Part shown: in pieces, positions 1-6,410 of the stretch
Position numbering within the stretch: position 1 is the first letter of the stretch
Layout of the letters: every line of letters begins with the position of its first letter
IMG/VR virus record: IMGVR_UViG_2645728048_000009
DNA: 10,280 nt
Direction: 5' to 3' (one strand)
From: a virus
Lineage: Duplodnaviria; Heunggongvirae; Uroviricota; Caudoviricetes
The notes under the pieces: generated by a model
The model's database searches: none
What the model saw: only the letters and a program-made list of their open reading frames with translations
Told to the model about the DNA's origin: nothing
Program-made: the position numbers and the translations under genes

Positions 1-582
1 AACTACCTGGATGATGAAGACGCGGACTGGAGCGCGACCGGGCAGGGACAGAAATCTGCAGGTGATACCAGTTTTACACTGGCCTGGAAACCGGGAGAAG
101 AAGGTCAGAAAGGGCTTATAGGCTGGTTTGAAAGCGGGGATGTGCGGGCCTATAAAATCCGTTTTCCGAATGGCACGGTGGATGTGTTTCGTGGCTGGAT
201 CAGCAGTATCGGTAAGGCAGTGACGGCGAAAGAAGTGATCACCCGAACAGTGAAAGTGACCAACGTGGGCAAACCTTCCGTGGCGGAAGAACGCAGCGAA
301 ATTACGCCGGCCACTGCAATTAAGGTGACACCGACATCCGGTACCGTGGAAAAAGGAAAAACAACCACCCTGACTGTTTCTTTTGAGCCGGAAAGTGCAA
401 CCGACAAGACGTTCAGAGCGGTTTCCGCCGATCCGTCGAAAGCCACCATTAGTGTGAAAGATATGACAATTACGGTAAACGGCGTGGCGACAGGTAAGGT
501 GCAGATCCCTGTGGTGAGCGGAAATGGTCAGTTCGCCGCAGTGGCTGAAGTCACCGTTACTGAAGCGGGCGCTGCAGGGTAA
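1..582 (+). CDS. V: Major tail tube protein V, C-terminal part (5' end lies upstream of the window); includes a C-terminal Ig-like (Big_2-type) domain
   Basis: Frame 1 is open from base 1 to TAA at 580-582, so the track ORF 142..582 is only the part after an internal Met. Position immediately upstream of G with a GGAGG-ATG start for G 14 nt downstream. The Thr/Val/Ser-rich beta-strand-like C-terminus (approx. 300-570) is typical of the Ig-like decoration domain of lambda gpV. Assignment by synteny and recall of lambda. Confidence 0.8.
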   Translation, partial: NYLDDEDADWSATGQGQKSAGDTSFTLAWKPGEEGQKGLIGWFESGDVRAYKIRFPNGTVDVFRGWISSIGKAVTAKEVITRTVKVTNVGKPSVAEERSEITPATAIKVTPTSGTVEKGKTTTLTVSFEPESATDKTFRAVSADPSKATISVKDMTITVNGVATGKVQIPVVSGNGQFAAVAEVTVTEAGAAG

Positions 583-595
583 ACGGAGGTAATAC

Positions 596-1027
596 ATGTT
601 TCTGAAAACAGAACAATTTGAATATAACGGTGTGTCCGTCACGCTTTCCGAGCTGTCTGCGCTGCAGCGTATTGAGCATCTTGCCCTCCTGAAACGGCGT
701 GCAGAACAGGCAGAATCCAGCGGCAACCTGCAGGTAAGCGTGGAAGATCTCGTCAGAACCGGCGCGTTTCTGGTGGCGATGTCCCTGTGGCATAACCATC
801 CGCAGAAAACGGCATCACCGTCAATGAATGAGGCTGTGATGCAGATCGAACAGGAGGTGCTCACCACCTGGCCTGCGGATGCCATTGCCCGGGCGGAAGA
901 TGTGGTGTTGCGTCTGTCCGGGATGAGCGGGGCTGTTCATGCGGATACTGACAGCACCGAAGTGGCGAAAAATAACGCACTGACTGATGATGATTTTTCT
1001 GCGGGAAAGTCTTCGACGGCGAGCTGA
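596..1027 (+). CDS. G: Tail assembly chaperone G
   Basis: ATG at 596 preceded by GGAGG (585-589); 143 codons ending TGA 1025-1027; lies between V and the tape measure gene; contains the G GGA AAG slippery heptamer near its 3' end. Confidence 0.9.
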   Translation: MFLKTEQFEYNGVSVTLSELSALQRIEHLALLKRRAEQAESSGNLQVSVEDLVRTGAFLVAMSLWHNHPQKTASPSMNEAVMQIEQEVLTTWPADAIARAEDVVLRLSGMSGAVHADTDSTEVAKNNALTDDDFSAGKSSTAS

Positions 1028-1467
1028 ATTTTGCCCTCAGACTGGCGCGTGAGATGGGGAGGCCTGACTGGCGCGCCATGCTTGCCGGGATGACATCCAC
1101 CGAATATGCCGACTGGCGACATTTTTACCGTACGCATTATTTTCACGATACCCAACTGGATATGCATTTTTCCGGGCTGACGTACGCCGTACTCAGCCTG
1201 TTTTTTTGCGATCCGGATATGCATCCCTCTGATTTCAGTCTGCTTGCCCCCCGGCGTGAGGAAGCGCAGACGGAGATGCCGGATGAGGAAAAAATGCTGA
1301 TGCAGAAAGCGGCAGGACTTGCCGGAGGCGTACGGTTTGGTGGGGACGGAGGGCGTGAGATTTTATCGTCTGCGGATGTGGCGGATGTCAGCGAGGATGA
1401 TGTCGCATTAATGATGGCTTCAGCGGGGATTCCGGGAGGTGTGAGATATGTCCCAGCCGGTTGGTGA
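596..1467 (+). CDS. T: Tail assembly chaperone G-T fusion made by -1 programmed ribosomal frameshift at 1003-1009 (T frame read from 1009 to TGA 1465-1467)
   Basis: Heptamer G GGA AAG sits in the G reading frame (codons gcG GGA AAG at 1001-1009). The -1 frame is open from there to 1467 and ends 20 nt inside the start of H. This is the conserved G/G-T arrangement upstream of tape measure genes. The track ORF 1054..1467 is the T frame, which has no plausible independent start. Confidence 0.8.
1003..1009 (+). other. -1 programmed ribosomal frameshift slippery site (G GGA AAG)
   Basis: Exact X XXY YYZ heptamer in the correct phase of G, 6 codons before the G stop, with the -1 frame open downstream; same heptamer as the lambda G-T frameshift site. 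Confidence 0.8.
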
Positions 1468-4009
1468 TCTTGTTATTGACCTGAGTCTGGATGCGGTCCG
1501 TTTCGATGAGCAGATGAGCCGGGTAAGGCGTCATTTTTCCGGACTGGAGACTGACGCCAGAAAAACCGCCGGTGTCGTTGAGCAGAACCTGAGTCGTCAG
1601 GCGCTGGCTGCACAAAAAGCCGGGATTTCCGTCGGGCAGTATAAAGCGGCCATGCGAACCCTGCCCGCACAGTTTACGGATATCGCCACGCAGCTTGCCG
1701 GTGGTCAGAATCCCTGGCTGATCCTGCTGCAACAGGGCGGTCAGGTGAAGGACTCCTTCGGCGGGATGATCCCCATGTTCAGGGGACTTGCCGGTGCGAT
1801 CACCCTGCCGATGGTGGGGGCCACCTCGCTGGCGGTGGCGACCGGTGCGCTGGCGTATGCCTGGTATCAGGGCAACTCAACCCTGTCCGATTTCAACAAA
1901 ACGCTGGTCCTTTCCGGCAATCAGGCGGGACTGACGGCAGATCGTATTCTGGCCCTGTCCAGAGCCGGGCAGGCGGCAGGGCTGACGTTTAACCAGACCA
2001 GCGAGTCACTGACGGCGCTGGTGAATGCCGGTGTGCGTGGTGGTGAGCAGTTTGAGGCGATCAGCCAGAGTGTGGCGCGTTTCTCCTCTGCATCCGGCGT
2101 GGAGGTGGACAAGGTCGCTGAAGCCTTCGGGAAGCTGACCACAGACCCGACGTCGGGACTGACAGCGATGGCACGTCAGTTCCATAACGTGACGGCGGAG
2201 CAGATTGCGTATGTTGCTCAGTTGCAGCGTTCCGGAGATGAAGCCGGGGCATTGCAGGCGGCGAACGAGGCCGCAACGAAAGGGTTTGATGACCAGACCC
2301 GCCGCCTGAAAGAGAACATGGGCACGCTGGAAACCTGGGCAGACAGGACAGCACGGGCATTCAAATCCATGTGGGATGCGGTGCTGGATATTGGTCGTCC
2401 TGATACCGCGCAGGAGATGCTGATTAAGGCAGAGGCCGCGTTTAAGAAAGCGGACGATATCTGGAATCTGCGCAAGGATGATTATTTTGTTAACGATGAA
2501 GCGCGGGCGCGTTACTGGGATGATCGTGAAAAGGCCCGTCTTGCGCTTGAAGCCGCCCGAAAGAAGGCTGAGCAGCAGAGTCAACAGGACAAAAATGCGC
2601 AGCAGCAGAGCGATACCGAAGCGTCACGGCTGAAATATACCGAAGAGGCGCAGAAGGCTTACGAACGCCTGCAGACGCCGCTGGAGAAATATACCGCCCG
2701 TCAGGAAGAACTGAATAAGGCACTGAAAGACGGGAAAATCCTGCAGGCAGATTACAACACGCTGATGGCGGCGGCGAAAAAGGATTATGAAGCGACGCTG
2801 AAAAAGCCGAAACAGTCCGGCGTGAAGGTGTCTGCGGGCGATCGTCAGGAAGACAGTGCTCATGCTGCCCTGCTGACGCTTCAGGCAGAACTCCGGACGC
2901 TGGAGAAGCATGCCGGAGCAAATGAGAAAATCAGCCAGCAGCGCCGGGATTTGTGGAAGGCGGAGAGTCAGTTCGCGGTACTGGAGGAGGCGGCGCAACG
3001 TCGCCAGCTGTCTGCACAGGAGAAATCCCTGCTGGCGCATAAAGATGAGACGCTGGAGTACAAACGCCAGCTGGCTGCACTTGGCGACAAGGTTACGTAT
3101 CAGGAGCGCCTGAACGCGCTGGCGCAGCAGGCGGATAAATTCGCACAGCAGCAACGGGCAAAACGGGCCGCCATTGATGCGAAAAGCCGGGGGCTGACTG
3201 ACCGGCAGGCAGAACGGGAAGCCACGGAACAGCGCCTGAAGGAACAGTATGGCGATAATCCGCTGGCGCTGAATAACGTCATGTCAGAGCAGAAAAAGAC
3301 CTGGGCGGCTGAAGACCAGCTTCGCGGGAGCTGGATGGCAGGCCTGAAGTCCGGCTGGAGTGAGTGGGAAGAGAGCGCCACGGACAGTATGTCGCAGGTA
3401 AAAAGTGCAGCCACGCAGACCTTTGATGGTATTGCACAGAATATGGCGGCGATGCTGACCGGCAGTGAGCAGAACTGGCGCAGCTTCACCCGTTCCGTGC
3501 TGTCCATGATGACAGAAATTCTGCTTAAGCAGGCAATGGTGGGGATTGTCGGGAGTATCGGCAGCGCCATTGGCGGGGCTGTTGGTGGCGGCGCATCCGC
3601 GTCAGGCGGTACAGCCATTCAGGCAGCTGCGGCGAAATTCCATTTTGCGACCGGGGGATTTACGGGAACCGGCGGCAAATATGAGCCAGCGGGGATTGTT
3701 CACCGTGGTGAGTTTGTCTTCACGAAGGAGGCAACCAGCCGGATTGGCGTGGGGAATCTTTACCGGCTGATGCGCGGCTATGCCACCGGCGGTTATGTCG
3801 GTACACCGGGCAGCATGGCAGACAGCCGGTCGCAGGCGTCCGGGACGTTTGAGCAGAATAACCATGTGGTGATTAACAACGACGGCACGAACGGGCAGAT
3901 TGGACCACAGGCGCTGAAGGCGGTGTATGACATGGCCCGCAAGGGTGCCCGTGATGAAATTCAGACACAGATGCGTGATGGTGGCCTGTTCTCCGGAGGT
4001 GGACGATGA
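1448..4009 (+). CDS. H: Tail tape measure protein H
   Basis: 853-aa ORF; ATG 1448 preceded by GGAGG (1435-1439). Long central A/Q/E/K/R-rich predicted coiled-coil region, a Gly-rich hydrophobic segment near the C-terminus (approx. 3530-3680), position directly after G-T. Length equals lambda gpH as I recall it. Confidence 0.95.
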   Translation: MSQPVGDLVIDLSLDAVRFDEQMSRVRRHFSGLETDARKTAGVVEQNLSRQALAAQKAGISVGQYKAAMRTLPAQFTDIATQLAGGQNPWLILLQQGGQVKDSFGGMIPMFRGLAGAITLPMVGATSLAVATGALAYAWYQGNSTLSDFNKTLVLSGNQAGLTADRILALSRAGQAAGLTFNQTSESLTALVNAGVRGGEQFEAISQSVARFSSASGVEVDKVAEAFGKLTTDPTSGLTAMARQFHNVTAEQIAYVAQLQRSGDEAGALQAANEAATKGFDDQTRRLKENMGTLETWADRTARAFKSMWDAVLDIGRPDTAQEMLIKAEAAFKKADDIWNLRKDDYFVNDEARARYWDDREKARLALEAARKKAEQQSQQDKNAQQQSDTEASRLKYTEEAQKAYERLQTPLEKYTARQEELNKALKDGKILQADYNTLMAAAKKDYEATLKKPKQSGVKVSAGDRQEDSAHAALLTLQAELRTLEKHAGANEKISQQRRDLWKAESQFAVLEEAAQRRQLSAQEKSLLAHKDETLEYKRQLAALGDKVTYQERLNALAQQADKFAQQQRAKRAAIDAKSRGLTDRQAEREATEQRLKEQYGDNPLALNNVMSEQKKTWAAEDQLRGSWMAGLKSGWSEWEESATDSMSQVKSAATQTFDGIAQNMAAMLTGSEQNWRSFTRSVLSMMTEILLKQAMVGIVGSIGSAIGGAVGGGASASGGTAIQAAAAKFHFATGGFTGTGGKYEPAGIVHRGEFVFTKEATSRIGVGNLYRLMRGYATGGYVGTPGSMADSRSQASGTFEQNNHVVINNDGTNGQIGPQALKAVYDMARKGARDEIQTQMRDGGLFSGGGR

Positions 4010-4335
4010 AAACCTTCCGCTGGAAAGTGAAACCCGGGATGGATGTGACATCGGCTCCTTCCGTCAGGGAGGTGCGCTTTGGTGATGGCTATTCCCAGCG
4101 TGCGCCTGCCGGGCTGAACGCTGACCTGAAAACGTACAGCGTGACGCTGTCTGTCTCCCGTGAGGAGGCCACGGCGCTGGAGTCGTTTCTGGCTGAGCAC
4201 GGGGGCTGGAAGGCCTTTCTGTGGACGCCGCCTTATGGTTACAGGCAGATAAAGGTGACCTGCGCAAAATGGTCGTCGCAGGTCAGTATGCTGCGTGTTG
4301 AGTTCAGCGCAGAGTTTAAACAGGTGGTGAACTGA
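4006..4335 (+). CDS. M: Tail tip assembly protein M
   Basis: 109-aa ORF; ATG overlaps the H stop (ATGA at 4006-4009); GGAGG at 3995-3999; synteny H-M-L. Confidence 0.9.
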   Translation: MKTFRWKVKPGMDVTSAPSVREVRFGDGYSQRAPAGLNADLKTYSVTLSVSREEATALESFLAEHGGWKAFLWTPPYGYRQIKVTCAKWSSQVSMLRVEFSAEFKQVVN

Positions 4336-5033
4336 TGCAGGATATCCGGCAGGAAACACTGAATGAATGCACCCGTGCGGAGCAGTCGGCCAGCGTGGTG
4401 CTCTGGGAAATCGACCTGACAGAGGTCGGTGGAGAACGTTATTTTTTCTGTAATGAGCAGAACGAAAAAGGTGAGCCGGTCACCTGGCAGGGGCGACAGT
4501 ATCAGCCGTATCCCATTCAGGGGAGCGGTTTTGAACTGAATGGCAAAGGCACCAGTACGCGCCCCACGCTGACGGTTTCTAACCTGTACGGTATGGTCAC
4601 CGGGATGGCGGAAGATATGCAGAGTCTGGTCGGCGGAACGGTGGTCCGGCGTAAGGTTTACGCCCGTTTTCTGGATGCGGTGAACTTCGTCAACGGAAAC
4701 AGTTACGCCGATCCGGAGCAGGAGGTGATCAGCCGCTGGCGCATCGAGCAGTGCAGCGAACTGAGCGCGGTGAGTGCCTCCTTTGTACTGTCCACGCCGA
4801 CGGAAACGGATGGCGCTGTTTTTCCGGGACGTATCATGCTGGCCAACACCTGCACCTGGACCTATCGCGGTGACGAGTGCGGTTATAACGGTCCGGCTGT
4901 CGCGGATGAATATGACCAGCCGACGTCCGATATCACGAAGGATAAATGCAGCAAATGCCTGAGCGGCTGTAAGTTCCGCAATAACGTCGGCAACTTTGGC
5001 GGCTTCCTTTCCATTAACAAACTTTCGCAGTAA
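4335..5033 (+). CDS. L: Tail tip protein L (C-terminal Cys cluster, probable Fe-S binding)
   Basis: 232-aa ORF; start overlaps the M stop (TGATG at 4333-4337); cysteine cluster CTWTYRGDECGYNG...CSKCLSGC encoded at about 4850-4970; synteny. Confidence 0.9.
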   Translation: MQDIRQETLNECTRAEQSASVVLWEIDLTEVGGERYFFCNEQNEKGEPVTWQGRQYQPYPIQGSGFELNGKGTSTRPTLTVSNLYGMVTGMAEDMQSLVGGTVVRRKVYARFLDAVNFVNGNSYADPEQEVISRWRIEQCSELSAVSASFVLSTPTETDGAVFPGRIMLANTCTWTYRGDECGYNGPAVADEYDQPTSDITKDKCSKCLSGCKFRNNVGNFGGFLSINKLSQ

Positions 5034-5037
5034 TCCC

Positions 5038-5781
5038 ATGACAGAGACAGAATCAGCGATTCTGGCGCACGCCCGGCGATGTGCGCCAGCGGAGTCGTGC
5101 GGCTTCGTGGTGAGAACGCCGGAGGGGGAAAGATATTTTCCCTGCGTGAATATCTCCGGTGAGCCGGAGGAGTATTTCCGGATGTCGCCGGAGGACTGGC
5201 TGCAGGCAGAAATGCAGGGTGAGATTGTGGCGCTGGTCCACAGCCACCCCGGTGGTCTGCCCTGGCTGAGTGAGGCTGACCGGCGGCTGCAGGTGCAGAG
5301 TGATTTGCCGTGGTGGCTGGTCTGCCGGGGGGCGATTCATAAATTCCGCTGTGTGCCGCATCTCACCGGGCGGCGCTTTGAGCACGGGGTGACGGACTGT
5401 TACACGCTGTTCCGGGACGCTTACCATCTGGCGGGGATTGAGATGCCGGATTTTCATCGTGAGGATGACTGGTGGCGTCACGGTCAGAATCTCTATCTGG
5501 ATAATCTGGAGGCAACGGGGCTGTATCAGGTGCCGTTGTCAGCGGCGCAGCCGGGCGATGTGCTGCTGTGCTGTTTTGGTTCATCGGTGCCGAATCATGC
5601 CGCCATTTACTGTGGCGACGGCGAGCTGCTGCACCATATTCCTGAACAACTGAGTAAACGAGAGAGGTACACCGACAAATGGCAGCGACGCACACACTCC
5701 CTCTGGCGTCACCGGGCATGGCACGCATCTGCCTTTACGGGGATTTACAACGATTTGGCCGCCGCATCGACCTTCGTGTGA
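5038..5781 (+). CDS. K: Tail tip assembly protein K with MPN/JAMM-like and NlpC/P60-like domains; longest ORF shown, alternative in-frame start at 5182 (199 aa)
   Basis: ATG 5038 lies 4 nt after the L stop with no Shine-Dalgarno. In-frame ATG 5182 is preceded by GGAGG (5166-5170). JAMM-type motif H-S-H-x7-S-x2-D encoded near 5239-5280. NlpC/P60-like Cys (TDCY, about 5398) and His (VPNHAAIY, about 5595). Stop TGA 5779-5781, overlapping I by 103 nt in another frame. The track's 4996 start is upstream of the L stop and is rejected. Confidence 0.8.
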   Translation: MTETESAILAHARRCAPAESCGFVVRTPEGERYFPCVNISGEPEEYFRMSPEDWLQAEMQGEIVALVHSHPGGLPWLSEADRRLQVQSDLPWWLVCRGAIHKFRCVPHLTGRRFEHGVTDCYTLFRDAYHLAGIEMPDFHREDDWWRHGQNLYLDNLEATGLYQVPLSAAQPGDVLLCCFGSSVPNHAAIYCGDGELLHHIPEQLSKRERYTDKWQRRTHSLWRHRAWHASAFTGIYNDLAAASTFV

Positions 5782-6350
5782 AAACGGGGGCTGAAGCCAT
5801 CCGCGCACTGGCCACACAGCTCCCGGCGTTTCGTCAGAAACTGAGCGACGGCTGGTATCAGGTACGGATTGCCGGGCGGGACGTCAGCACGTCCGGGTTA
5901 ACGGCGCAGTTACATGAGACTCTGCCTGATGGCGCTGTGATTCATATTGTTCCCAGAGTCGCCGGGGCCAAGTCAGGTGGCGTATTCCAGATTGTCCTGG
6001 GAGCAGCCGCCATTGCCGGATCATTCTTTACTGCCGGAGCCACCCTTGCAGCGTGGGGGGCAGCCATTGGGGCCGGTGGTATGACCGGCATCCTGTTTTC
6101 TCTCGGTGCCAGTATGGTGCTCGGTGGTGTGGCCCAGATGCTGGCACCGAAAGCCAGAACTCCCCGTACACAGACAACGGATAACGGCAAACAAAACACC
6201 TATTTCTCCTCACTGGATAACATGGTTGCCCAAGGCAATGTTCTGCCCGTTCTGTACGGTGAAATGCGCGTGGGATCACGTGTGGTTTCTCAGGAGATCA
6301 GCACGGCAGACGAAGGGGACGGTGGTCAGGTTGTGGTGATTGGTCGCTGA
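5679..6350 (+). CDS. I: Tail tip assembly protein I (N-terminal ubiquitin-like region ending in Gly-Gly, then a hydrophobic Gly/Ala-rich C-terminal half)
   Basis: 223-aa ORF; ATG 5679 with GAGAGG upstream (5662-5667); Gly-Gly at codons 100-101 (5976-5981) followed by a hydrophobic A/G/L-rich stretch; synteny K-I-J. Confidence 0.9.
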   Translation: MAATHTLPLASPGMARICLYGDLQRFGRRIDLRVKTGAEAIRALATQLPAFRQKLSDGWYQVRIAGRDVSTSGLTAQLHETLPDGAVIHIVPRVAGAKSGGVFQIVLGAAAIAGSFFTAGATLAAWGAAIGAGGMTGILFSLGASMVLGGVAQMLAPKARTPRTQTTDNGKQNTYFSSLDNMVAQGNVLPVLYGEMRVGSRVVSQEISTADEGDGGQVVVIGR

Positions 6351-6368
6351 TGCAAAATGTTTTATGTG

Positions 6369-6388
6369 AAACCGCCTGCGGGCGGTTT
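6369..6388 (+). other. Stem-loop in the I-J intergenic spacer (8-bp stem AAACCGCC/GGCGGTTT, loop TGCG)
   Basis: Perfect inverted repeat read directly from the sequence, followed by a T-rich stretch (TTTTGTCATTT). Function unknown: possibly an RNA-stabilising or attenuating hairpin between I and J. Confidence 0.35.
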
Positions 6389-6410
6389 TGTCATTTATGG
6401 AGCGTGAGGA

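Noticed and set aside
142-582. Track ORF suggesting a 146-aa gene starting at 142
   Set aside because: The frame is open all the way from base 1, so this is the 3' portion of a longer gene (V) whose start lies upstream of the window. The ATG at 142 is an internal Met.
1054-1467. T as an independent 137-aa gene starting at ATG 1054
   Set aside because: The -1 frame is open upstream back to the slippery site and the canonical heptamer is in phase. In lambda-type phages T is made only as the G-T frameshift fusion, and no convincing SD precedes 1054.
2006-3618. Several minus-strand ORFs (192, 176 and 172 aa) and a 67-aa plus-strand alternate-frame ORF inside H
   Set aside because: All lie within the tape measure gene, have Arg/Cys/Leu-rich compositions consistent with out-of-frame reading of a GC-rich A/Q/E/R-coding region, and show no independent translation signals.
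4996-5037. Track start of the K ORF at 4996 (261 aa)
   Set aside because: That start lies inside L upstream of the L stop. The first ATG after the L stop is 5038, and the sequence MTETES... beginning there matches the N-terminus I expect for this protein family.
4239-5039. 266-aa minus-strand ORF antisense to L
   Set aside because: Same reasoning: it overlaps the conserved L gene completely, shows no SD or start context, and is most likely an antisense artefact.
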